A stretch of 64,000 bases of DNA, taken from positions 1,536,001-1,600,000 of the forward strand of contig OZ253449.1 in NCBI GenBank assembly GCA_965261345.1. The letters are read 5' to 3'. Made by a program: the position numbers and the translations under genes. The stretch comes from Chloroflexota bacterium. GTDB lineage: Bacteria; Chloroflexota; UBA11872; VXNJ01. Below are positions 1 to 9,515 of the stretch, piece after piece. The notes beneath the pieces were generated by a model, which was given only the letters and a program-made list of their open reading frames with translations, searched no databases and was not told the DNA's origin. The stretch's first letter is position 1; each line of letters starts with the position of its first letter.

Positions 1-42
1 TCAAGCATTTACAATTTCCCGCTTTAGCATTGCCAAAGCACC

Positions 43-118
43 GCCCCTATCGTCTAGAGGACTAGGATGACACCCTTTCAAGGTGTAGACAGGGATTCGA
101 ATTCCCTTGGGGGCACCA
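43..118 (+). tRNA. tRNA-Glu (anticodon TTC)
   Basis: Acceptor stem GCCCCTA/TGGGGGC, anticodon stem ACACC/GGTGT with loop CTTTCAA, T-arm GGGA-TTCGAAT-TCCC, encoded CCA end; 76 nt. Confidence 0.95.
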
Positions 119-167
119 GATCAAGTTCGCCGCGATCACCGGCGGTCCGCCAGCGGCAGCAGGCCGG

Positions 168-1460
168 CTAGCCTTCGTAGACGCGCACCTGCTGGCGCAG
201 TGCCGCCCAGGAGAACCAGAAATCATTGCCGTGCACGATCGGGGTGAGGGCGCTGCCGGCGAGCGGCCCGGCGACTGCGATCCCCAGCGAGTTCCATTCG
301 CTACCGGTCTCTGAGTCCTGGATCTGGCCGTCGACGGGTTCAAACGCCAGTTGGCGCCCGGCAAGGACCGGGTCGAACACCCCGGCCGATCCCACGTCGC
401 GCGATTCGGCAATAGTGCCGGCATCGAGCGCCGAGGCGGTTCCTTGCTGGAAGAAGATCACGATCGCCCGCCCGCCGATCCGATCACTGACCACCCCGCG
501 CTGCGAAAGCAGTAAATAAGGGAAGGCAACCTGCTCGCCGGCGATTTCGACCACCACCACCCGCTCGGTGGCCGGCAGGCGCTCATCCGGCTGGCCGAAA
601 AATAGGAACGGAGCGCGATTGCCGGAGTCGTAATTGAGATACGGATTGGATCCGTAACGGCGCGAATATCCGGTCTGCTCGGTTAGTACCAGCCCATCGG
701 GATAACTATCCAGATAGGTTTGAAAGGAGGCAATCGCCATCGGCAGAAAGCCCAGGCGATATCCGGTTAGGGTGCCCACTATTGCCTGGCCGGTCGACTG
801 TTGCCACCACGACTCGGTTTCATCGTCCCACAGGATCAGGTTCGAGGCGCGCAGGTTGGCGCTCACCCCCAGCCGCAGGGTTCGGTTCTCGACCTGCCGG
901 GAAAAGCCGATCGCGGTGTTGCACAGCGGACAGAAGGTGACCGCAACCGGCAAGCCGTCGATCTGGTCGTTGACGATCTCGTGCCAGGTAAGAACCCGCA
1001 GCGGGTAGGCCCGCACCAGGTCTCCCAATTGCAGGACTGCAATCGGCTCGTTGGGTGGCAGGCCGGCGGCCATCTCGGCGGCGCGGGCGAATTGCGGCGC
1101 ATCGATCGGCGGAATGATGTCGCGCCCGGCAGCGGCCTGGGTTATCTCTGAGAGGTGAACCGATTTGATCGAGAAATCGGTCTGCCAGCCGTCCTCACGC
1201 CAGATGCTGGCCGATTGCTGCTCGTCTGGCGCCAGCGGGATGAGGGCCACATCCTCCAATACCGCCGCCGGCGGGCGGTAGCGGCCGGCCGGCGGCCTGG
1301 TGGAGGCTTGTGTTGGCTCCATTGGAATCGGCGCCGGGCTGGCGGCCGGGGTAGGTACCGGAGCGGGTACCGCACTGCCGCCGCAGGCGGTAAGGATCGC
1401 CGCCGCCGCGGCACCCAGAATCGCCCGCCGCGAGGTGGTCGCTAGGCGTTCTCGTGCCAT
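168..1460 (-). CDS. DUF3179-family lipoprotein with Tat-like signal
   Basis: ATG at 1460; SRRAILG twin-arginine, LTAC lipobox, Pro-rich linker; motifs IPPID.PQF, AYPL..L.WHEIVND, TFCPLCNT, S.W.Q..G.AI.G, FWFSW. Confidence 0.8.
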   Translation of the reverse strand: MARERLATTSRRAILGAAAAAILTACGGSAVPAPVPTPAASPAPIPMEPTQASTRPPAGRYRPPAAVLEDVALIPLAPDEQQSASIWREDGWQTDFSIKSVHLSEITQAAAGRDIIPPIDAPQFARAAEMAAGLPPNEPIAVLQLGDLVRAYPLRVLTWHEIVNDQIDGLPVAVTFCPLCNTAIGFSRQVENRTLRLGVSANLRASNLILWDDETESWWQQSTGQAIVGTLTGYRLGFLPMAIASFQTYLDSYPDGLVLTEQTGYSRRYGSNPYLNYDSGNRAPFLFFGQPDERLPATERVVVVEIAGEQVAFPYLLLSQRGVVSDRIGGRAIVIFFQQGTASALDAGTIAESRDVGSAGVFDPVLAGRQLAFEPVDGQIQDSETGSEWNSLGIAVAGPLAGSALTPIVHGNDFWFSWAALRQQVRVYEG

Positions 1461-1876
1461 AGCAGAACCGGACAGTGGGCGTTCTTTAGCACGTGCTGGG
1501 GGGTTGGCCCAAGGTCGCATCCGAGATCGCCGAGAAACTGGTGCGACCCGATGATGATCTCGCCGGCGCCGCGGGCGCGGGCATATTCGACGATCGCCCG
1601 TCCGGCGTCGCGGGATTGCTCACAGTGGACGATCGTTCGCACCGCAGAATCCTCGCCGACGGCTTTTACGGCGCGCGCCAGTAGTTGTTCGCCGCTGCGC
1701 CGCTGGGCGGGATCGGCCTGATTGACCGAGCGGTTCCAGCCGACTTCGATTACGTGCAGGATGACGAGGTTTGTCTCGCGCTGGTGGGCCCGTTGGGCGG
1801 CCAGCCCGATCAGTTGGCGATCGCCCGGTTTGCCTTGAATGGCGACCAGAGTGTCGCCGCGGGGACTGGGGGTCAG
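1442..1876 (-). CDS. Universal stress protein (UspA-like), probable CTG start
   Basis: Frame stays open upstream of the 66-aa ORF to a CTG overlapping the recA stop; TLVAI...LVILHVIE...AIVEYA...IIIGS...[11 protein letters not shown] is a full USP domain. Confidence 0.7.
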   Translation of the reverse strand: MTPSPRGDTLVAIQGKPGDRQLIGLAAQRAHQRETNLVILHVIEVGWNRSVNQADPAQRRSGEQLLARAVKAVGEDSAVRTIVHCEQSRDAGRAIVEYARARGAGEIIIGSHQFLGDLGCDLGPTPQHVLKNAHCPVLLWHENA

Positions 1877-2916
1877 CTTGCCAGGTCCTCGTTGACCGCC
1901 TGGCGGATGGCCGACTCGAGCTCGACCGCGATGTCGCCGTTTTCCTTAAGCGTCTGGCGCGAGCGCTCACGGCCCAGCCCCAACCGGATATCACCGTAGG
2001 AGAGGTAGGCGCCGGCCTTGGTGATCAATCCGTGCTCAAGACCCATGTCGATCAGGCCGGTCTCACGCGAGATCCCCTCGTTGTAGAGGATGTCGAATTC
2101 ACAGGTGCGAAACGGGGCTGCGACCTTGTTCTTGACCACTCGCACGCGGGTGCGGTTGCCGACCACGGTGGTGCCGTTCTTGAGTGCTCCGATTCGCCGG
2201 ATATCGATGCGTACCGAGGAATAGAACTTGAGCGCCCGTCCACCGGGAGTGATTTCAGGGCTGCCGAACATGACCCCGACCTTTTCACGCAGCTGGTTGA
2301 TAAACACCACCGAGGTGTTGGTTCGGGCCACGGTGCTGGTGAGCTTGCGCAGTGCCTGCGACATTAAGCGCGCCTGCAGGCCGACATGGGTATCACCCAT
2401 GTTGCCCTCCAGTTCGGCGCGCGGAGTGAGCGCCGCGACCGAGTCGATCACGATGATGTCGAAGGCGTTGGAGCGGAGCAGCTCTTCGGTTATTTCCAGG
2501 GCTTCTTCACCGCTGCCGGGCTGGGATATAAACAGCTCCTCGGCGATGACCCCGCAGCGGACCGCATAGCCGGGATCGAATGCGTGTTCGGCGTCAATGA
2601 TCGCGGCGTAGCCGCCGGTTTTTTGGGCCTGGGCGATAACGTGCTGGGCCAGGGTGGTCTTGCCTGAGGACTCGGGTCCAAATATCTCAATGACCCGGCC
2701 GCGTGGAATTCCGCCGACCCCCAGGGCCAGATCCAGTGCCAGCGAACCGGTCGGGATCACGTCGACCTTTTGCCGTTCGCCTTCCGAGAGCCGCATGATG
2801 GCGCCCTGCCCGAAACGCTTGTTGATGCTGGCCAGGGCAATATCTAAGGCCTTGCTGGCGGCTTTATCCCTTGCCTTGGCCACCTTGCTGGCGGCTTTAT
2901 CCGTTGCCGTGGCCAC
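1873..2916 (-). CDS. recA: Recombinase RecA
   Basis: [65 protein letters not shown]. Confidence 0.99.
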   Translation of the reverse strand: MATATDKAASKVAKARDKAASKALDIALASINKRFGQGAIMRLSEGERQKVDVIPTGSLALDLALGVGGIPRGRVIEIFGPESSGKTTLAQHVIAQAQKTGGYAAIIDAEHAFDPGYAVRCGVIAEELFISQPGSGEEALEITEELLRSNAFDIIVIDSVAALTPRAELEGNMGDTHVGLQARLMSQALRKLTSTVARTNTSVVFINQLREKVGVMFGSPEITPGGRALKFYSSVRIDIRRIGALKNGTTVVGNRTRVRVVKNKVAAPFRTCEFDILYNEGISRETGLIDMGLEHGLITKAGAYLSYGDIRLGLGRERSRQTLKENGDIAVELESAIRQAVNEDLAS

Positions 2917-3040
2917 TTAGCACTTCCCAAGGTGATAAACGGTGGTAGAAATAGAATCAAATTGATCTGACAAATTATATGACAGATATATAACGCGGGA
3001 ACTGCTAAACGCCTACGTTACCAGTTGATCGGAGACATTT

Positions 3041-4078
3041 ATGAGCGTAACAATGCCGGCTGTGCGAATCCATGGGCCGGGTGATGTGCGCCATGAATGG
3101 GTGGACGTTCCCGGTGTGGGTCCGGACGAGGTGCGGATCGAGATCGCCCATACTGGAATCTGCGGTACCGACCTTCATATCTACGACGGTTGGCAGATGG
3201 GGGCGATGGTCACCCTGCCCAATTACCCGGCGGTCATAGGACACGAATTGGCCGGAACGATCGTTGAGGTCGGCTCGGCCGTAACTACCCGCCGAGTCGG
3301 GGAACGAGTGACGGTGCAGCCGCAGGTCTATTGCGGAGTCTGCGTAATGTGTGAGCGCGGCAGCGGCAACATGTGCCGCAACAAAATCCGGTTTTCGCGT
3401 GGCGGAGCCTGGGCCCGCTACATGGTGGTGCACGCCAAGCAGGCCTACCTAATTCCCGACAAGGTCTCAACCCAGCTGGCGGCGCTGTCCGAACCTCTGG
3501 GCTGCGCACTGCGCGGCCTGCAGCGGGCCCGCCTGCAACCCGGTGATACGGTATTTGTCGCCGGCGGGGGCACCATCGGGTTACTGCTGGCGGCGCTGGC
3601 CCGAAAACTCGGCGCGAGCCTGGTAATCGTCTCGGAGCCGTTTGCCAACCGGCGCCGGATCGCCGACGCGCTGGGGGTTGACCTGACGATCGATCCGCTA
3701 AATGAGAACGTTGCCGCAACCGTGGCCGAGGCCACCGGCGGGATCGGGGCCGATGTCTGCCTGGAGGCGGCCGGTCCGGTCGCGGCGGCGCTAGATTGCA
3801 TCTCCACGGTCCGCGACGGCGGGACGATCATCATGATGGCGCTCGCTCATCCTGACCAGGTGTTCGCGATGCAACAAAATGATCTCGTTCTGCGTGAGAT
3901 CGACGTTCGCGGCACGGTTTTGCTCGACAACGACTTGGAGGGCGCACTGCGCCTGCTTCCACAGCTGGGGCTGGAGCCGCTAATTACCCACGTGTTGCCG
4001 CTCCAGGATGCGCCGCAGGCAATCGCGATGTGCAAACGGGGCGAGGCCACCAAGGTTCTTTTCGACACCAGCATGTAG
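3041..4078 (+). CDS. Zn-dependent medium-chain alcohol dehydrogenase (threonine/sorbitol DH-like)
   Basis: GICGTD, GHE, structural Zn CGVCVMC...C, GGGTIG nucleotide-binding motif. Confidence 0.92.
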   Translation: MSVTMPAVRIHGPGDVRHEWVDVPGVGPDEVRIEIAHTGICGTDLHIYDGWQMGAMVTLPNYPAVIGHELAGTIVEVGSAVTTRRVGERVTVQPQVYCGVCVMCERGSGNMCRNKIRFSRGGAWARYMVVHAKQAYLIPDKVSTQLAALSEPLGCALRGLQRARLQPGDTVFVAGGGTIGLLLAALARKLGASLVIVSEPFANRRRIADALGVDLTIDPLNENVAATVAEATGGIGADVCLEAAGPVAAALDCISTVRDGGTIIMMALAHPDQVFAMQQNDLVLREIDVRGTVLLDNDLEGALRLLPQLGLEPLITHVLPLQDAPQAIAMCKRGEATKVLFDTSM

Positions 4079-4225
4079 GCGCTTTCCGCGCCGCCGCCCC
4101 CCCGGCGGCAGCGCGACCATTTAGATCGGGCGGTGTGATCTAGCGGCCAGGCGGAGGCCAATCGGGCGGGCGCGTAGCTGCTCGACGGCGGTTGCCGCGA
4201 CCACGACTGGTTAAGATGTTTGATA

Positions 4226-4252
4226 TTTGTGTGCTATATTCTGCTACACAAA
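4226..4252. promoter_or_regulatory. Inverted-repeat operator candidate over an extended -10-like element upstream of the T4SS/Tad operon
   Basis: TTTGTGT-N13-ACACAAA enclosing TGCTATATT in an AT-rich patch just before the regulator start. Confidence 0.45.
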
Positions 4253-4279
4253 CACAAAGCAAACAGAGAGTGCTAACCG

Positions 4280-4975
4280 GTGAATCACGCGCGACCGCTG
4301 CCCGCATTCGACCACCCCGATGGCCTACCGATCGATGACGGGCAGTGTCCGCTGCGCGCGGTTTTGGTCGTGGCTCCCGATGCGGCTGCGGCCGACGCGG
4401 TATTGCGCATTCTCCAGCGACACCGGACCTGCCGCTTTCTGGCCTGGGCGCAGAGTGCCGAGGGGGCGGTGCGACGCCTGTCGGCCGAACGCTTCGACCT
4501 GGTACTGCTGGTTGGCTTCGGTCCGACCGTGGCGCTGGCGGCGATTCGCCGCCTGCGCGCCTGCGTGGGCAGTGCGCGCACCCTGGTGCTGGCCAAATTT
4601 CCGGCCACCTCCGCCCTAATCGACCAGCTTGTCGCCGCCGGGGCCGGGGGGCTGCTCGATTGCAACCGCGGCTTCGCGCAACTGCCCGGGGCAGCGGTAA
4701 TCGTTGCCCGCGGTCACTCCATATTTCCGCCCGGCAGCCGATCCCCCGGGCCCGGGCCCGGATTGCTCCCCGGGGAGGGCCCGGAGAAATTGACCGCGCG
4801 CGAACGCGAGGTAATGGGGCTGATCGCCCAGGGCCGAACCGCCCGCCAGACGGCCGAGGCGCTCTCGCTTAGCGTCTATACCGTCGAGAACTACCTGCGG
4901 TCCTGTTATCGCAAGCTGCACTCGTCCAATCGGGTGCAGGCCTGCAACGTGGCCCGCTACTACGGGTTCATCTAG
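4280..4975 (+). CDS. NarL/LuxR-family regulator with degenerate receiver domain
   Basis: C-terminal LTAREREVMGLIAQG...TVENYL...KL...NRVQA HTH; REC-like N-terminus reads FDLVLLVG where the phospho-Asp is expected. Confidence 0.85.
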   Translation: MNHARPLPAFDHPDGLPIDDGQCPLRAVLVVAPDAAAADAVLRILQRHRTCRFLAWAQSAEGAVRRLSAERFDLVLLVGFGPTVALAAIRRLRACVGSARTLVLAKFPATSALIDQLVAAGAGGLLDCNRGFAQLPGAAVIVARGHSIFPPGSRSPGPGPGLLPGEGPEKLTAREREVMGLIAQGRTARQTAEALSLSVYTVENYLRSCYRKLHSSNRVQACNVARYYGFI

Positions 4976-4976
4976 G

Positions 4977-5384
4977 TTGGCGACTCCGATTGATGCGCCG
5001 GACCGGCGCGGCGGCAATCCCTATCGCCGCGCCGTTGCCGTGGTCGGGATCGGCCAGCTGCTTTCCATCCTGGCCCTGGCGGTGCTGGCCGAAGTGGCCG
5101 CCGCCGCCGAAATCGTGGCCGCGCCAACGGGCGCTGACCCGATCACCTTCGCGGTCAATTCGCTCAAGACTTTCCTGGCCACCATCGCCACCGTGGTGGT
5201 GGCGGCCTCGATCGGCTGGAAAGCGGTTGTGGCCTGGTCGGCCGGTAGCGTCGAGGCGCAACGCGAGGCGCAGCGCTTTGCGATGCAGTCACTGCTGGTC
5301 TACGGATTGGTGATGGCATTTAACTTCGGCCTGCTCCAGGGCGCGGTCGAGTACCTGGTCAACACGATGGGTGGTCGCGTCTGA
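4977..5384 (+). CDS. TrbC/VirB2-like T4SS pilin
   Basis: Leader plus two hydrophobic helices separated by a short charged loop (WSAGSVEAQREAQRF); lies before PrgI and VirB4. Confidence 0.6.
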   Translation: MATPIDAPDRRGGNPYRRAVAVVGIGQLLSILALAVLAEVAAAAEIVAAPTGADPITFAVNSLKTFLATIATVVVAASIGWKAVVAWSAGSVEAQREAQRFAMQSLLVYGLVMAFNFGLLQGAVEYLVNTMGGRV

Positions 5385-5812
5385 GCTACCCGATTCCGAT
5401 ACCGGCCGACATCGAAGATGTATCGCAGCGGTTCCCGATCGCCGGTTTTTACCTAACGCCCAGGGAGCTTATCTGGGTGGTGGTGGCGGCAACGATTGAG
5501 GCCGCCCTGGCCGCCCTGACGGTATCTGCTGGTTTTGCCTGGCCCACGCTGGCGGCGCTTGCGGTTCCACCGATCTGCTGCTTTGCGGTCTTGCAGCTAC
5601 CGGTCGAGGGCGCCGCGCTGGAACGCTGGCTAATAGATGTTGCCCGCTTCCATTTCCGGGGTCGGATGCTCTGCCGGGACCGCCCGCCTCAATCGGAGTC
5701 TGAGAGGCTGGAACTGCCGGTGGTTCTCTATACGATCGCCTGCCCCGGCCGCCGGCTGGCCAACGGTGAGCGGACCCGCGGCGGATACCGCTTTGAAATT
5801 TCTAACCGCTAG
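5381..5812 (+). CDS. PrgI/VirB3-like membrane protein (probable CTG start)
   Basis: In-frame extension from CTG overlapping the pilin stop gives ..IPIPADIEDVSQRFPIAGFYLTPRELIW + 2 TM + PVEG..LERWL, a PrgI-like pattern. Confidence 0.6.
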   Translation: MSYPIPIPADIEDVSQRFPIAGFYLTPRELIWVVVAATIEAALAALTVSAGFAWPTLAALAVPPICCFAVLQLPVEGAALERWLIDVARFHFRGRMLCRDRPPQSESERLELPVVLYTIACPGRRLANGERTRGGYRFEISNR

Positions 5813-8114
5813 GCTGGCCGGTCCGGCGGATCCGGATGGCACGCTTGACCTGGGAATCGCCGGCGTAACCGACGCCGGGATCGAACTTTCCGACGGAGGC
5901 TGGGTGGGAGCGTTGCTGCTTGACCCGGTCGATATCGAATCGCTCAACCCGGCTCAGTTGGAAGGGCTAATAGCCCGCCTGGCCACGTTCTGGGCCACGC
6001 TGGGGAACCCGTTGCAGCTATTGATTAGCAATCGCCGCTATGCAATCGATCACTACCTATCCGGGGCGATTGCGCGATGGCCGCAGCGTTGGGGCGCCAA
6101 GTTGGCGCTGCGCCGCAAGCTGCTAGGCGATGCGGGGTCTGGTGAATCATGGCGCGCGGTGCTCTCGGCCCACGCGGCCGCCTCCAATCTGCGATATCTC
6201 TCGGCCCTGGCGGTGTGCGGTGGACCGCCGGCCGGGGCAGCTGGCGGCGCCCAGGTACTGGCCGAATCGCTCGGGCAGGTCTCCCGGGCGCTGGAACAGG
6301 CCGGAATCGGCCACCGGCGCCTCGATGGCTTAGAACTTGCCCTGCAGCTGGAGCTGGCGTTCTTTGGCAGCGGGCGGGAACTGCGTTCGGCGCTCCAGTC
6401 GGTGGGGTCGATTGCGCTTGAAGGAAAGGTCAGCAATCTGGCTTTTGAGCAGGTCGACCCACTGCCCGAGTGGGTCAGGTTCGGCCTGCGCTCGATCTCC
6501 CTGCCAGCTGCTGTTGGTGAGCGCCAAATTGCCGCTGGTTACCTGCGGGCCCTGCCGCGCGCGGTAGACCCGGGGTGGCTGGCGCTGGCTGGAAAACTCG
6601 CCTGCGACTTCGACCTGGCCCTGCACGTCGTCCCGGTCGGTCAGGGCGAGGTGATGAACCGGGTCAAGCGGGCTGAACGCCAGATCGCCGGGACCCTGAT
6701 CGACGCCGAACTGGCAAATCCGGACAAGATTCGGGAGCAGCGCTGGCGGGCCGAGGACGTCGACCGGTTGGCCGAAGCAATGCGCGGGCGCGACGGCTAT
6801 TTCAAGCTGGCCGCCTTCTACGCCGTTAGCGCCGACGGCCCCGATGAGCTGGCCCGCGCCCGCGAGGGCCTCGCCGGGCAGTTGGCGGCCAGCTCGATGG
6901 TGGGCGCCGGGGCGGTCGGTTACCAGCGCGAAGCCTGGCTCTCGACCCTTCCACTGGGCCGTGAAAAGCTCCCACGCCGGCGTGGGATCACCTCGCGCCC
7001 GCTGGCCGCCGGAATTCCCTTCGCCGGTCGCGGCCGCTTCGATGAAGATGGCTGGCTGCTTGGATCCTGCGGGAGTGGATCCGGTCCGGCCGGTCCCTTC
7101 CTTTTCAACCCCTTTGGTCCCGGTTACGAGAACCCGCACCTGGCGATCTTGGGCCAAAGCGGGGCCGGCAAGACCCACCTGGCGCGGGCTATCGCCCACT
7201 GCGCCTGGCTCTGGGGGGCCGAGGTCGCCCTGCTCGATCCCAAGGACGAATACCGGGCGCTGGCGCGGCGCTGTCAGGGGTCAGAGATCGCGATCGAGCT
7301 CGGCGGCGGCTCAGCGCTCAACGTGTTCGACGGCGCCGCTGCCGCCGGACCGCGCGAATTTGCCGGGGCCCTGGCCGACGTGGCGCGCTTCTGGCGGGCC
7401 GCGCTGGGCAGGTTATCGGGCCAGCAGGAGACCCTGCTCGAATCGGCGATTGAGGCGGTCTGCGGCGCCCCGGCCAACCGAGCCGGCAGCCGCACCCCGC
7501 TGGCTTCCGACCTGGCGGCCGAAATCGCTAGCCGCCGGTCGGCTGATCCCGCCGATCCGGCCTCCGATCTGGCCGATCGGGTGCGCCGTTTTACCGGACC
7601 GGCCCTGGGCGGACTTTTCGGATCCCCGACCAATGTGAGCCTGGACAACGACTTCCTGCTGTTTCAGCTGGCCGGCCTGCGGGCCCAGGATGTAGATCTC
7701 TACGTGTTGGCGGTGCGCTTGTGCCTGCTCGCGCTAACCCGCTGGCTGGACCGACCGGCCGAGCGGCGGCTCATCCTGGTCGACGAGGCCTGGAGCCTTT
7801 TGCACGAACCGGCCGGAGCCAAATTCCTGCTCGATCTGGCCAAGACCGCGCGCTCGCGTGGGGCGATGCTGGTGCTGGTCACCCAGGACGCCACCGATTT
7901 TTCCGCCAACCCGCTGGCCCGCTCGATCCTGGCCAACTGTTCGGCCACGTTCATCTTCCGTCAGCACCACGCCCACGCCGCCAACCTGGGCGAGCTCTTC
8001 AACCTGGATCGCCCGGCCAGCGCCCGCATCGCCACCCTGCCGCGCGGCCAGGCGGTGGCCGCGTTGGCCAGCGGCGAGCGGATCCCGCTAAAGGTCCTTG
8101 ACCACCCTTGGTGA
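5793..8114 (+). CDS. VirB4/TraE-like T4SS ATPase
   Basis: NPHLAILGQSGAGKT Walker A, LDPKDEY, LILVDEAW Walker B, ARSRG, VTQD..DF, ILANC; TTG start at 5793 inferred. Confidence 0.88.
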   Translation: MKFLTARLAGPADPDGTLDLGIAGVTDAGIELSDGGWVGALLLDPVDIESLNPAQLEGLIARLATFWATLGNPLQLLISNRRYAIDHYLSGAIARWPQRWGAKLALRRKLLGDAGSGESWRAVLSAHAAASNLRYLSALAVCGGPPAGAAGGAQVLAESLGQVSRALEQAGIGHRRLDGLELALQLELAFFGSGRELRSALQSVGSIALEGKVSNLAFEQVDPLPEWVRFGLRSISLPAAVGERQIAAGYLRALPRAVDPGWLALAGKLACDFDLALHVVPVGQGEVMNRVKRAERQIAGTLIDAELANPDKIREQRWRAEDVDRLAEAMRGRDGYFKLAAFYAVSADGPDELARAREGLAGQLAASSMVGAGAVGYQREAWLSTLPLGREKLPRRRGITSRPLAAGIPFAGRGRFDEDGWLLGSCGSGSGPAGPFLFNPFGPGYENPHLAILGQSGAGKTHLARAIAHCAWLWGAEVALLDPKDEYRALARRCQGSEIAIELGGGSALNVFDGAAAAGPREFAGALADVARFWRAALGRLSGQQETLLESAIEAVCGAPANRAGSRTPLASDLAAEIASRRSADPADPASDLADRVRRFTGPALGGLFGSPTNVSLDNDFLLFQLAGLRAQDVDLYVLAVRLCLLALTRWLDRPAERRLILVDEAWSLLHEPAGAKFLLDLAKTARSRGAMLVLVTQDATDFSANPLARSILANCSATFIFRQHHAHAANLGELFNLDRPASARIATLPRGQAVAALASGERIPLKVLDHPW

Positions 8115-9274
8115 GACCGGCGCTGGCGCTGGCCCTGCTCGCGCTGCTGCTAATTGCCCCCATCGCCCGGGCCGAGGAACCGGAACCGATCGGCGGGCCG
8201 TCACCGGCGCCGGGTCCGATCTGGCCGATCGGCGGACTGGTCCTGGGGGAGGACTGGCAGAATCCGCAGGCCGCCGCCGCGGCGATTGGCAGTGGGATGG
8301 TGGCCGAGTTGACTCAGCTGATATCGGGCCCCCTAAATTGGGTCTGGCGGTGGCTGTTCCTGGTTCCCGACGCGATCGATCCGGCGCGGGCCGGCGAGGT
8401 CGACGCCGCCCTGGCCAGGATCGCCCCGGTCGGGGCCAGCGGGCCGATCTTTGACGGCCGCGGGGCCGCCGAAGCGGTCGAACAGGCCTGGCAGAATTCG
8501 CGCCGTATCGCCCTGTCGGCCCAGCAACCCTACCTGGGACTGGTGCTCGGCGCGTTCGTGCTCTGGAGCCTGGCGATGCTCTTCCTAGGTCGCCCGGTCG
8601 ACCTGGCGGCGGCGATGGGCCGGCTGGCGGTTGCATTAATCGGCGGTCTGGCTTCGTTCCAGTTCGTGGATATGCTTTTGCGCGCCGACGACCTGCTGGT
8701 AATCCTGTTCTCGCAGATCGGGGTTGGCCAGGTCCTGCTAAGCACCCCCAGCGAGCTGATTGCCAGTTGGCAGGGCGATGCCCAGCCAACCGATCTGGCC
8801 GATCTGGGCGGGGCGCTGCTGGAGGGGGTCTGGTACGGACTCTTCCGATCCTTCCTGCAACTGCTGCTGTTATTTGGCTTGGCCGCGATCGCGGTGCGGC
8901 TGCTGCTCCGCCTGGTCTGGATATGGGCCCTGACGGTGGCCGCGCCGCTGGTGCTGACCCTGGCGGTCTTCCCACCGGCAAGGCAGTTGCCGGCAATCTG
9001 GCTCAGACGGTTGCTGCGGGTGGTGTTTGAAAAGGCGGCGATGGTGCTGGGGCTCTCGGTCACCTTTTCGGTCATCGCGCTGCAGCCGCCGGGCCTGCTG
9101 AGCCTGGTGCTTGCGATCGCGGCGCTGTTCGTGGCCCAGGCCTTTCCCGGGCTGCTGCTGGACTCGCTTGCATCGGCCGCCGGACCGAGCGGGCAATCGG
9201 TAATTTCCCAGGTCAACGCCCGGATAACCCAGCTGCGCCTGGCCCGGCGGGCCCTCTCCCGGGTCGGCCAATGA
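8108..9274 (+). CDS. VirB6/TrbL-like polytopic membrane protein
   Basis: Signal peptide, many TM helices, RL.WIW.L.V.APL.L.L..FP......W pattern typical of VirB6-like proteins; follows VirB4. Confidence 0.6.
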   Translation: MVRPALALALLALLLIAPIARAEEPEPIGGPSPAPGPIWPIGGLVLGEDWQNPQAAAAAIGSGMVAELTQLISGPLNWVWRWLFLVPDAIDPARAGEVDAALARIAPVGASGPIFDGRGAAEAVEQAWQNSRRIALSAQQPYLGLVLGAFVLWSLAMLFLGRPVDLAAAMGRLAVALIGGLASFQFVDMLLRADDLLVILFSQIGVGQVLLSTPSELIASWQGDAQPTDLADLGGALLEGVWYGLFRSFLQLLLLFGLAAIAVRLLLRLVWIWALTVAAPLVLTLAVFPPARQLPAIWLRRLLRVVFEKAAMVLGLSVTFSVIALQPPGLLSLVLAIAALFVAQAFPGLLLDSLASAAGPSGQSVISQVNARITQLRLARRALSRVGQ

Positions 9275-9302
9275 CGAAGGCGGCTCTAATCGGCAACGTT
9301 CA

Positions 9303-9515
9303 ATGCCGCTAATCTGGCGCGCCGTCCTGCGTCGCCTAACGCTGCGGGTGGGCCTTGCAGCCATCCGGTTGCTAGAGCCCGGCGGGACCTCCGAGAGCGA
9401 TCCGAGCGCGCGCTGGTTGCTCCTTTCAATCCTCGCGCTGCTGGTCCTCCTCCTGCTACCCGGCCTCTTTACGGTCGTGCTGGCCGCCGGCCTGATCGCC
9501 GTCATCGGCAGCTGA
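9303..9515 (+). CDS. Small membrane protein
   Basis: 70 aa with a long C-terminal hydrophobic segment; its stop overlaps the next inferred start. Confidence 0.45.
   Translation: MPLIWRAVLRRLTLRVGLAAIRLLEPGGTSESDPSARWLLLSILALLVLLLLPGLFTVVLAAGLIAVIGS

Noticed and set aside
43-118. tRNA-Glu as integration site for the T4SS/Tad region
   Set aside because: No integrase or duplicated tRNA 3' end was seen, and housekeeping genes lie in between.
2953-2968. Palindrome ATCAA-A-TTGAT upstream of recA as an SOS box
   Set aside because: It matches neither GAAC-N4-GTTC nor CTGT-N8-ACAG and I found no second copy, so it cannot be assigned.
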